Shown here in pieces: positions 28,542 through 37,130 of a DNA stretch of 42,726 nucleotides. This DNA comes from a virus (taxonomy: Duplodnaviria > Caudoviricetes). Location: the IMG/VR virus record IMGVR_UViG_3300005323_000364, positions 1-42,726 of that record. One strand, given 5' to 3'. Position numbers and translations under genes: made by a program. The stretch's first letter is position 1; every line of letters starts with the position of its first letter. The notes below the pieces were generated by a model that saw only the letters and a list, made by a program, of their open reading frames with translations, ran no database searches and was not told the origin of the DNA.

Positions 28542-28946
28542 ATGGGATCTTCACAGAATCTCTACAAGTATCTGAAGTTCGATGCGGACCTGTCCACGAT
28601 TCGGTTCGTGGGACTGGACGCGACCATTGATAACGGGATCACGATCACATCCGGTGGTCAGACGATCACGGCGGGCGGACAGACCATCACCGCTGGCGGG
28701 CAAACGATTACCGCCGGAGGTCAGACGGTGACTGCGGGCGATGTGAAAGTCGTCGGCGGGCAACTCTTCGCCGGGAACAAGGTGTATGTCGGCGGCGTTA
28801 CGACGTCTGCACCCTGCCTGATGACGGGAACGGTCGCACCGTCCACGTATGGCGCGCTTGGGTCGATCTACATCGACACTCAGACGGCATCGCTCTACGT
28901 CCAGACGGCGACGAATGCGTGGAAGCAGTTCGCCACGCCATTCTGA
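28542..28946 (+). CDS. Structural protein with (TITAGGQ)n repeats
   Basis: Heptapeptide repeats; C-terminal GSIYIDT...LYV motif. Confidence 0.7.
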   Translation: MGSSQNLYKYLKFDADLSTIRFVGLDATIDNGITITSGGQTITAGGQTITAGGQTITAGGQTVTAGDVKVVGGQLFAGNKVYVGGVTTSAPCLMTGTVAPSTYGALGSIYIDTQTASLYVQTATNAWKQFATPF

Positions 28947-28961
28947 GGGGGATGATCCCCC

Positions 28962-29663
28962 GTGGTTTTATTTTCGTGGACTGAGGTTCAGCAGTTCACC
29001 GGGTTCTCCAGTTCCGATTTTAAAGACACTGGCGCGATAATGAACACTGCCCAGTGGGCGGCGTTTGGAACGGTTGTCGTCAACTCGGCGCTCCAGGCAA
29101 TGCAGCGGTTCTGCAATGTGAGTGACTTCGAGAGTCACGCGGTTGTCGAGTATCATAACGGGCGCGGTGCGTCTGAAGACACGATGACCTACACGGAGTC
29201 GGACAGAACCTATCATCTCCGTGAGTATGCGACTGCGGTCGCCACGGTATCGGAGAACATCTACTACGGTTCTGCGGCACCGTCGTTCGCTACGCGGTGG
29301 GAACAGAGTCCGGCAACGTTCGGCGATTACGTCTGGTGGAACGATATGCAGATGACAAAGATCCGGTTCCATCAGAACGTGCCGTGCAAGGGCATTCGGA
29401 ATGTAAAGATCGAATATACCGGCGGGTATCCTGCGGGTAGTAAAGAACTGGATGAACTCAAGACGATCGGACTTCGACTATCGACGAACTTTTTGCTCTA
29501 CAAGAAGAAGATTGGAGAGTCGCAGACGATACGCGCAATGGGGACGAAGGACTATGCTCCGATGTTCTCGCTTGCGGAAGAGCGGGCGATTATGACCGAA
29601 GACATTGCACGGGACTTGTGCAAATACCGCCGGTGGGACTTCGGAGGGGACCACCTGCGATGA
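28962..29663 (+). CDS. Head-tail adaptor (gp6/gp15-like)
   Basis: EYHNG, RNVKIEYTGGY and LCKYRR motifs; position. Confidence 0.75.
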   Translation: MVLFSWTEVQQFTGFSSSDFKDTGAIMNTAQWAAFGTVVVNSALQAMQRFCNVSDFESHAVVEYHNGRGASEDTMTYTESDRTYHLREYATAVATVSENIYYGSAAPSFATRWEQSPATFGDYVWWNDMQMTKIRFHQNVPCKGIRNVKIEYTGGYPAGSKELDELKTIGLRLSTNFLLYKKKIGESQTIRAMGTKDYAPMFSLAEERAIMTEDIARDLCKYRRWDFGGDHLR

Positions 29664-29920
29664 CGTCAACCGTAACGACAGAGGACTGCTATGCGCGCGA
29701 GAAGGACATCCGAAGATACGTCGATGACAAGGTGTCGGAGATATACAAGTACATCGACGCGGAGATTTGCGCGCAGAGCGAGGCGTTCGATAAACGCATT
29801 GAGAAGATGGAAGAGAAGTTGGACACCTTCCAGTGGTGGTTGCTCGGGGCGCTCCTCACGATGGTTGGGAGTCTTATCGCGGGACTGTTCGTAATCGTTC
29901 AGATCGTATCGACGCCATGA
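29660..29920 (+). CDS. Coiled-coil protein with C-terminal TM helix (XhlA-like)
   Basis: FDKRIEKMEEKLD followed by WWLLGALLTMVGSLIAGLFVIV; ATGA overlaps. Confidence 0.65.
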   Translation: MTSTVTTEDCYAREKDIRRYVDDKVSEIYKYIDAEICAQSEAFDKRIEKMEEKLDTFQWWLLGALLTMVGSLIAGLFVIVQIVSTP

Positions 29921-30441
29921 AACTGCAGATCCATATCGCAATCGATCCGAAGGAGACGACTCCCGAAGAGATAGCGGAGATCAGGAGACAGGCGGTGGAG
30001 GGGATTGCCCTCTCCGTTCGCGCCGCCGCGATGGATCAGACGCCTGAGGACTCGGGGAGACTGACACCGAACAATCCGAGTATGAAGGAGAAGTGGCGGG
30101 TGGAGGAGAACGGTTCGCTCCGTGCGAAGGTGGTGAACTCTGCGTCCTACGCGAAGTATCTCCTGCACGGGAACCATGCGAACGATGCAGATGGCTACAT
30201 CCACCCGAAAGGAGATCGCCCGTTCCGGTTCAGAAGGCGAGACACGGGACAGATTGTCTACGCCTGGAAGGTGCGTCCCATCGATCCAGAGAACATTTCG
30301 AGAACTGTCCCGATGCCGTATTCGTTCCGGCGGGACGTGATTGAACATGCAATGCAGCACGGGAGTCTGCACGCGCTCGATGTGATGAGCGGGAGAGAGG
30401 AATGGCGGGGAGTGCTTCGAGTACGTTTAACGCAGTTGTAG
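29917..30441 (+). CDS. HK97 gp10-like neck / tail completion protein
   Basis: TPEDSGRL, NSASYAKYL and IHPK motifs. Confidence 0.75.
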   Translation: MKLQIHIAIDPKETTPEEIAEIRRQAVEGIALSVRAAAMDQTPEDSGRLTPNNPSMKEKWRVEENGSLRAKVVNSASYAKYLLHGNHANDADGYIHPKGDRPFRFRRRDTGQIVYAWKVRPIDPENISRTVPMPYSFRRDVIEHAMQHGSLHALDVMSGREEWRGVLRVRLTQL

Positions 30442-30854
30442 ACAGCATCATCACATCGCTGTCTTCGGCAACGACCATCGGAACACCTTCTGGCGTCTAC
30501 GAACGAGACGAACATCCGGCAATTCCCGCGAACGAGGGAGCGTTACCCATCGTCTATGTCGTTCCTCTTGTCGAGGGGAAGGACGTCATCAATATGACGA
30601 TGGGTGATAAGGTGAACTACGCCGAGCACTCGTTCCCCGTGAACATCGTTGGGTATTACGAGATGCCCGATGTGGCGACGTCGCTCAGGACAGTTCGTAA
30701 CTATGCGTATAACGCACTCGACATCTTCCTGAACAAGCAGAGTCTACCTGTCGGACAGATCGTCGGTGCCTCTGTAGAAGTGGGATACTGGGTTGGTGGA
30801 GGAAAGGTGATCCACTACTGGATTCTCGGACTGAGCATCAAGGCACTGTTCTAA
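30402..30854 (+). CDS. Putative tail terminator protein
   Basis: Size and position between neck and tail tube; LPIVYV motif. Confidence 0.6.
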   Translation: MAGSASSTFNAVVDSIITSLSSATTIGTPSGVYERDEHPAIPANEGALPIVYVVPLVEGKDVINMTMGDKVNYAEHSFPVNIVGYYEMPDVATSLRTVRNYAYNALDIFLNKQSLPVGQIVGASVEVGYWVGGGKVIHYWILGLSIKALF

Positions 30855-30885
30855 CTTTCTCTCTTTTAGATCCATATAATATATA

Positions 30886-31013
30886 GCGCGCTATGCGCGC
30901 ATATCAATCCCGCCAACGGCGGGATGTAAGACGGTTAGATCGTACTTATCTTCATCGTTGCCGAAGGCAAAGTAGTACGTACCAGACGCCCATCCCCCCA
31001 AACCCCCCTTCCC
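30886..31013. other. Cluster of three triloop hairpins plus a G-quadruplex motif
   Basis: GCGCGC-TAT-GCGCGC, ATCCCGCC-AAC-GGCGGGAT, TTGCC-GAA-GGCAA; minus strand G3-AA-G6-TTT-G6-AT-G3. Confidence 0.6.
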
Positions 31014-31042
31014 GAGAGTTATCAAAATAGTAGGTTTCTTCA

Positions 31043-31534
31043 TTACTTAATACCAACGCTTTCGACTTCCTCGTCTTCGGGGAATCTCTCGCACAACGAC
31101 GCAAGATATCGCTCAAGCGTGTTGTCGAGACGCTGGTCGCGCGTTTCGGACGCCCATTCGCGGTGGGTGTTGTTCACACGATCGCGGTTTTCAGATTGCC
31201 ACCGCCTGACGTTGTTATATTCACGGGCTCTAAATTCCGGATCTTCGGCGCGTCGCTTTCGTGTGTATTCGCGTTGATATGCATTGATCTGTTCTCGGTG
31301 GGTTTCGATGTATTTTTTGCGCTGTAATTTGTGACGTTCGGGGTTGTTTGCTCTCCACTCCCGGAGCATTTGAGTATATTTTTCTCTGTGTGCTTCGGAG
31401 TAATTTCTAGTTTGTTCTATGTGTGTCCGTCGGTATTCACGTTGATATTCAACCAACCGTTCTTTGTTTGCCTTGTAATATGCTTTCATGTATTCTTTTC
31501 TTGCTTTAATCTTCTCTGCTTCGTCCATATTCAT
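31043..31534 (-). CDS. Basic helical-repeat protein (HNH-associated repeat type, no nuclease domain)
   Basis: Repeated (Y/W)xxxN/Hx(E/D)(R/K/Q) units such as YYKANKER, WRANNPER, WQSENRDR; no HNH motif. Confidence 0.7.
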   Translation of the reverse strand: MNMDEAEKIKARKEYMKAYYKANKERLVEYQREYRRTHIEQTRNYSEAHREKYTQMLREWRANNPERHKLQRKKYIETHREQINAYQREYTRKRRAEDPEFRAREYNNVRRWQSENRDRVNNTHREWASETRDQRLDNTLERYLASLCERFPEDEEVESVGIK

Positions 31535-31698
31535 TTCTTACAATCCATTGAATATAACCATTTCCATTTCAATCTAAGCCCATTCCTTTGAGTATATCTT
31601 CGTTCTAAGCGTAGCACCTATACCAGACGATAGATACATCGAAAAGAGATACAAAATGTCTTAGAATTGTAATGTGATTGTTATAGATGATTGTGGGA

Positions 31699-31962
31699 CT
31701 AGAACCCACATACACGTTTAGACCACATCGCCATCTTCCGTGCTTCGTTCAGATCGCGATCATGTGACCATACCGCGCACCCGCAACCACAGTTGATGTT
31801 ATTCTTGTATTCCTCCTGCGTCCAGTAGTGAACAGTCAGGCAATTGGCACAGACACAGTAACGCTTGCCATCATCTTCCACTTCGTCATGCTGCGCGACA
31901 ATATCGATCTTACGATCAATATCGTCAATTGTCGAACTTTCTGCTTCGCTCATGTTCAACAC
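31699..31962 (-). CDS. Zn-ribbon microprotein
   Basis: CANC...CGCG. Confidence 0.6.
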   Translation of the reverse strand: MLNMSEAESSTIDDIDRKIDIVAQHDEVEDDGKRYCVCANCLTVHYWTQEEYKNNINCGCGCAVWSHDRDLNEARKMAMWSKRVCGF

Positions 31963-32276
31963 GTCCTCTTACAGATGTAATTCGCGTCATCGAAGTTCAT
32001 GCATTTCTCCATCATGCACATTGGTTGTCCCTTGATAAACGGACACTTGCTTCGCTTTGCTTTTTCAATGTTGTAGTCACGTTCACACTCCCCCTTACAC
32101 GCGAAGCACTTCGTTGTCACATCACTCCCAAAAAAACCACGGTTTCTGTCAAATCTCACATATGTTGATGCATATTGGTATTTGCACACAGGTTTTTCGG
32201 TGGTTGTAACATAGCGCGGATAACTTCCACAAATGTAGATGTCTTCGGGGAAGTTGCCTTCGTAGATATCTCCCAT
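31956..32276 (-). CDS. Cys-rich hypothetical protein
   Basis: CPFIKGQPMCMMEKCM..C motif. Confidence 0.6.
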   Translation of the reverse strand: MGDIYEGNFPEDIYICGSYPRYVTTTEKPVCKYQYASTYVRFDRNRGFFGSDVTTKCFACKGECERDYNIEKAKRSKCPFIKGQPMCMMEKCMNFDDANYICKRTC

Positions 32277-32393
32277 AATTACAAGTTAACTCATAAGAGA
32301 ATAACCATTTCGATTTGGATCTGACGCTAGAAGCATCGAATCGCGCGTATAGTTTTATATTGTTTTAATTATATAAATATGAGGTGATACACT

Positions 32394-32927
32394 ACGTCTG
32401 TACACGCATTCTTTGCGAACTCCGGTGATCTGTATATTCAGACCGGGACCACGGCAAAGGGAACTGCTGCCGCCGACAGCATTGTTATCGGTGCGCTTCA
32501 GGGCGTCGATATGTCCCCGTCGTTCGAGCATGTGGAACTCTATGGTATGGAGTCCGTCATGCGAGCAGCGGTTGCAAAGCACACGCTCAAGGTGAAGGTA
32601 TCCTGCAAGTACGCCATGTGGGATCCGGCGGCAGATACGATCCTGAACTACGTCATGACCGGTGGCGCGACCACGGCGGACTTCACTGCCGACGACACGG
32701 CGACCACGGGCATGGATGCTGCGGCAAACAAGAACGCCGTCGCGCTGTTCACGATGACTGCAACCATTCACCCGGCGGACTCGACCACGCAGTGGTATGC
32801 CGTGACTGCTCACGACATCTACTTCGAGGGTGTGCCGTTCGCTCTGACGCAGAACGAGTTCATTGTCCGTGACCTTTCGGGGACCGCGAAGTACATCGAG
32901 ATCGCGAAGTCCGCAAGCGGTTGGTAA
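32394..32927 (+). CDS. Major tail (tube) protein, probably starting at a non-canonical ACG
   Basis: Frame is open 39 codons upstream of ATG 32511; GAGGTGA SD 6 nt before ACG; position before chaperone and tape measure. Confidence 0.7.
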   Translation, partial: TSVHAFFANSGDLYIQTGTTAKGTAAADSIVIGALQGVDMSPSFEHVELYGMESVMRAAVAKHTLKVKVSCKYAMWDPAADTILNYVMTGGATTADFTADDTATTGMDAAANKNAVALFTMTATIHPADSTTQWYAVTAHDIYFEGVPFALTQNEFIVRDLSGTAKYIEIAKSASGW

Positions 32928-32952
32928 AGCGTAGGTATCAGGATATCCTGAT

Positions 32953-33357
32953 ATGACAATTCCGACACCCGATCCGAATCTCAAGGCGAAACTTGGGGCA
33001 TTCGTAGATGACGAGATCAAGAACAACGCCGAGATCATCGCGCTCCTGACCAACTCGAAAGGGCAGTATAAGGAGGTTGATGTGAACGGCGTGCTCGTCA
33101 AGATCCGTCCCGTGATCCCGAAGAAGGCACGGCACATCTCCGACGAGATGCAGAAGAAGGAGGATCGCTCTCTCGATCTGGTGGAGGAAACGACCTACGC
33201 ACTTCTCGCTCAGATGTGCGTCGAGGAACCCTGGACGAACCCGGAGACGTGGAAGATCGTGGACGATGAGACGGGCATGGCCGTGGACCTGCTGAAGCGG
33301 TTCTTCGATGTCGCCAACAACGAGGCGATAAAGATCAAATCCTTTCAGCGAAAGTGA
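32953..33357 (+). CDS. Tail assembly chaperone (gpG-like)
   Basis: Between tube and tape measure; ends TCC TTT CAG CGA AAG TGA. Confidence 0.8.
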   Translation: MTIPTPDPNLKAKLGAFVDDEIKNNAEIIALLTNSKGQYKEVDVNGVLVKIRPVIPKKARHISDEMQKKEDRSLDLVEETTYALLAQMCVEEPWTNPETWKIVDDETGMAVDLLKRFFDVANNEAIKIKSFQRK

Positions 33358-33499
33358 CGCAGGACAATTCCTCGTTGAGGTGTGCAAACTCCTCTCACTT
33401 CCACCATCCCGTCTGAACCTGACCGATGCAGATGAACTGTTCTTCAGTTCGGCACTACCGAAGGCGTACGAAAGATGGGTCAAGACGGGAACACGATAG
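33344..33499 (+). CDS. +1 frameshift extension of the tail chaperone (gpGT-like)
   Basis: ATG-less 51-codon +1 frame FSESDAGQFLVEVCKLLSLPPSRLNL...KTGTR* filling the gap to the tape measure. Confidence 0.7.
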   Translation, partial: FSESDAGQFLVEVCKLLSLPPSRLNLTDADELFFSSALPKAYERWVKTGTR

Positions 33500-36400
33500 A
33501 GATCGAGATCGACGCGGCGGCAACCGTCGCAGCAGCGAAGACTGCCGGAGAAGCGAATGCGAAGTTGGCGAAGTTCAACTCTGCACTCGGACTCTTCCGG
33601 GATAACGTTGATCTCGTTACCAAGACTACCGATATCGTCGCCTCAAAGATAGGCGACTTCGATTCTCTTTTACAGAAGTTCGCGGACAATCTAACGTCCA
33701 ACCTTGCCGACATGCAGACGAGTGTCGTCAAGAAAGTCGAACCCCATCTCGAACGCGAACTGGAGAACATGGTGAATCGTGTTCTCAATAAGGTCGAGGG
33801 AAAGGTTGCACCCGAGAAGGAGTCTCGTTCCCGTTCCGAGGCGAAGCAGGGCGCGGCGGCACCTGCACAACCCGTTACCGTCGCCCAACCCCCTGAATAC
33901 AAGCGCCCCGACACGAAGGTGAAGGCGACATTCACCGACACGACGAACCAGATTGTTGATACGGCGACCGGACAGGTAAAGGAGAACACGTCGAACCGGG
34001 CGCGGACAACCGCAACGAAAACCCGACACTGGCAGGAGGAGATCGACGGAGAGATACAGGACTTCACCGAGACGATCACCAGTGTATCAAACTCAGTGAG
34101 AAAGGCAACAACTGCCGAGAAGGATAGAGGACTCGCCATACGGAAGGAGATCACCGGAGCACTCATCGGACTCCATGTGATGAAGGTAGTGTCTCAGTAC
34201 TCGTCCGTCTTCAACGCCGGGTTCATGCAGGTTGCAGCGGCGATGGGGCATCTCCTGAACGTCGTCCTCCTTCCGATGATGCCGATGTTCACCCAGGTGG
34301 CACAGGTAATCCACACACTGGCGAACTTCGTCTCCATGCTCCCGCTCCCCATGCGTCAGTTGATCGGCGCGCTGATCATGTGGAAGGCGACGTCGATGCT
34401 CATCGCCTCGATGCCCATAAAGGACGTTCGCGACGGGTTCAAAGGCATTGTAGACGTCATGAGGGGTGCAGGTTCGGGACTTAAGACGTTCACCAGACTC
34501 GTCGGCGCATTCATCGAGTTCATGAACTCGGGACAGGGGAAGGGTGCTCTCTCCTGGATTGGTGGTGGACTCAGTAAGGTTGGTGGAAAGATTGGCGGCG
34601 GTATCAAGAACCTTCTCGGGAGACGTGCATCAGGCGGTCCCGTTCTCGGGCACGGTGCGTATGTCGTCGGTGAGAAGGGACCGGAGATATTCGTTCCGAA
34701 GACGAGTGGTTCGATCATCCCCAACCACAAGGCGTTCCGCGCAGAGGGTGGCGACGTCACCCCTGCACCCACCATAGCAAACCCGATCTCGGGGCTCTCG
34801 TTTGACATGAGTTCACTCATCGGACCACTTGTCGGCGGTTCGCTCGGTGCTCTTGCGGGAGGATGGGTAACTGGCGGGCCCATCGGTGCGGCAATCGGTG
34901 GCGTTGGTGGCGCTCTTGTCGGCGGGAACATGGAGGCGCTTCCGGGGTTGATGGGGACAGCGGTCGGGGGGATGACAAGCAGCCCCATCTTCCAGGGAAT
35001 TGTTGGAGCAATGAACGTTCTGACGGGGACCATCAGTTCCATATTCGCCCCTCTCGCACCGATCATGGGGATGATGGGCACCATCGGCGGACTCGCGTCA
35101 GGACTCCGCAAGGGACTTGGTGGCGGTGCTGATATGACGCCCGTCATAAAGTCGATTCAGGCGACGTCATTTGCCGAACAGAGCGCGATCAACAAGGGGC
35201 ATCGCGGTTCCAACAATATCCTCTCGCTCATCTACATACTTCTCCAGAACTTCGGGAACCTTCTCGGTGCAATAAAGAAGTTGTGGGATGACTACACGAA
35301 ACCCCCGAACCAGGGCGGTGGATCGGGAACACCGCCTCCCGTCACAATCCCGACACAATGGGGGAGCCCCGGTCCTCTCACTGTCCCGGCAATTGCCGCA
35401 GCAGTAATTGGAACCGCATGGGGACTCCTCAGCATTGACGATCTGAAGATACCCGAGATCCCGACAGTCACGGTTCCAATCAAGTGGGGCGACATCCCCG
35501 GTATCAACATACAATCGATACCAACCGTTACCGTCCCCGTGCGGTGGGGAACGCTCATACCGTTCGTCACATCCGCTATAACACCCGTAACGGTTCCGGT
35601 AATCTGGGGCACACTGTCAGCATTCGCGCTCCCAAAACTCTCATCGGTAACCATACCCGTTGTCTGGGGAGCACTTTCGAACCTGCGTCTTCCCGCCGTT
35701 CCAATTGCAACCGTGCCTGTGAAATGGGGGGCGTTGCTCCCACTTACAATTCCCGCACTTGCACCGACGATCATTCCCGTCATATGGGGAAAACTTACCG
35801 GTGTTCCATCGACAGGTGTAGACGTTATCGTATCACCACGAATCGATGCGCAGTCGTTCACTGGCGTGCTGTCAACGCTCATATCGCAGGCATTCTCGAA
35901 CGCATGGTCGTCGTGGAAGGATCGACTTCAGATGGAAGAGGGCGACACCGCTGAGGAGGATCGGTCGTGGGCGGAGCGCATTAGGAATATGACGGATGGG
36001 CTTGACGGTTCGTTCCGCACGTTCATCAACGATCTCAAGACAACGCTCGCGGGCGGTGTTCCGATTGATGTCAAGATCGATGTCGATTCGGTGACACAGA
36101 CAGTAAAGACAATCACAGAGACGATTGTCTCGGGGGCGGCGGGGGGCGTGTCTCAACCGACAGGTGTTCCGACACCGACTCCCGCAACTACACCGACATA
36201 CGTTCCCCCCGGCGCATCCGCAGGAACGTTGGGACCTAACGGCGTGACTCTGACAAGCGGGACACCGGTTACGAATCCGACTCCGGCAATGCCTCCCCCT
36301 GTCGTCCCGAGCGGGGGATTCGATGCGGGGACCACAATCGCGGGACTTGTTGGTGGCGCAGTGCTACCCGTGATCGCACCCGCAATAACCACAATCGGGA

Positions 36401-36705
36401 GTGGTGTTATTGCAGCGGGAGATGCCATCGCAACGACAGGCGCGGGCATCATCAGTGGACTCGGACTCCCCGGTTTCGCTGCGGGCGGGCGACCATCGTT
36501 GAACGTTCCATCGCTTGTGGGCGAGAAAGGACCGGAACTGTTCGTCCCCGATTCGTCTCCAACGTCGGTTAGTGGTGGTGGTGGCGGGGGCGGTGCGAAC
36601 GTCACCAACCACTTCACGTTCAATGTCACGACGAACAACCCGAAGGAACTGACCGATGCTGTGATGAGAGAACTCAAACTGGAACTTGCGCGGGTGAAGA
36701 TGTAA
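33475..36705 (+). CDS. Tape measure protein
   Basis: 1076 aa, Ala/Gly-rich with hydrophobic segments; two (R/F)AxGG...VGEKGPE motifs; position. Confidence 0.85.
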   Translation: MGQDGNTIEIEIDAAATVAAAKTAGEANAKLAKFNSALGLFRDNVDLVTKTTDIVASKIGDFDSLLQKFADNLTSNLADMQTSVVKKVEPHLERELENMVNRVLNKVEGKVAPEKESRSRSEAKQGAAAPAQPVTVAQPPEYKRPDTKVKATFTDTTNQIVDTATGQVKENTSNRARTTATKTRHWQEEIDGEIQDFTETITSVSNSVRKATTAEKDRGLAIRKEITGALIGLHVMKVVSQYSSVFNAGFMQVAAAMGHLLNVVLLPMMPMFTQVAQVIHTLANFVSMLPLPMRQLIGALIMWKATSMLIASMPIKDVRDGFKGIVDVMRGAGSGLKTFTRLVGAFIEFMNSGQGKGALSWIGGGLSKVGGKIGGGIKNLLGRRASGGPVLGHGAYVVGEKGPEIFVPKTSGSIIPNHKAFRAEGGDVTPAPTIANPISGLSFDMSSLIGPLVGGSLGALAGGWVTGGPIGAAIGGVGGALVGGNMEALPGLMGTAVGGMTSSPIFQGIVGAMNVLTGTISSIFAPLAPIMGMMGTIGGLASGLRKGLGGGADMTPVIKSIQATSFAEQSAINKGHRGSNNILSLIYILLQNFGNLLGAIKKLWDDYTKPPNQGGGSGTPPPVTIPTQWGSPGPLTVPAIAAAVIGTAWGLLSIDDLKIPEIPTVTVPIKWGDIPGINIQSIPTVTVPVRWGTLIPFVTSAITPVTVPVIWGTLSAFALPKLSSVTIPVVWGALSNLRLPAVPIATVPVKWGALLPLTIPALAPTIIPVIWGKLTGVPSTGVDVIVSPRIDAQSFTGVLSTLISQAFSNAWSSWKDRLQMEEGDTAEEDRSWAERIRNMTDGLDGSFRTFINDLKTTLAGGVPIDVKIDVDSVTQTVKTITETIVSGAAGGVSQPTGVPTPTPATTPTYVPPGASAGTLGPNGVTLTSGTPVTNPTPAMPPPVVPSGGFDAGTTIAGLVGGAVLPVIAPAITTIGSGVIAAGDAIATTGAGIISGLGLPGFAAGGRPSLNVPSLVGEKGPELFVPDSSPTSVSGGGGGGGANVTNHFTFNVTTNNPKELTDAVMRELKLELARVKM

Positions 36706-37118
36706 TGACCGAGATCGTATTGGTTGCACCCTGGAATGACGAGTTGTCGAACTACACCCTCGGTCCTGGTGCGACATGGGAACGGAGCATGGCACACAAC
36801 CTCGTTGTCTGGCAGATACCGGGAGAGGGTGTCGACGGTATGGATCTCTGGTTGGACAGCGACGAGATCCGCGTTACATGGCCGTGGGTGCAGACAGAAG
36901 GCGCACTCACCATCAACCCCAACACCGTTGCATCGGAGTTCGCGTCATACTTCGTCACACAGCGAAGTGAAGCGAGCGACAAGAACCTCTTCACTCTCTC
37001 ATATCCCCTCGGGAACGTCTCGGGATGGGTGCGGAACATCTCGTTCTCCGGTGACGCAGGGAAGGGGAACATGATCAACTGCAACCTGAGTTTCGTCGTG
37101 CGACATCTTGTCGATTGA
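36705..37118 (+). CDS. Distal tail (Dit-like) protein
   Basis: 137 aa beta-rich protein immediately after the tape measure. Confidence 0.6.
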   Translation: MTEIVLVAPWNDELSNYTLGPGATWERSMAHNLVVWQIPGEGVDGMDLWLDSDEIRVTWPWVQTEGALTINPNTVASEFASYFVTQRSEASDKNLFTLSYPLGNVSGWVRNISFSGDAGKGNMINCNLSFVVRHLVD

Positions 37119-37130
37119 TGGTGGGGTGAC

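Noticed and set aside
19585-28830. CTGATGA hammerhead-core matches (~19587, ~26147, ~28818)
   Set aside because: All lie inside coding sequence without flanking stems or a correctly placed GAAA
121-31575. Scattered ATTTCAA motifs (e.g. ~122, ~8429, ~31566) resembling the reverse complement of CRISPR repeat ends
   Set aside because: Isolated, with no 25-40 nt repeat unit and no regular spacing, so there is no mini-array
16718-36797. Long minus-strand ORFs opposite structural genes (e.g. 18830-19711, 21977-22783, 27193-27954, 32355-33137, 34356-35147)
   Set aside because: Shadow frames of GC-biased coding sequence, with no SD, promoter or motifs
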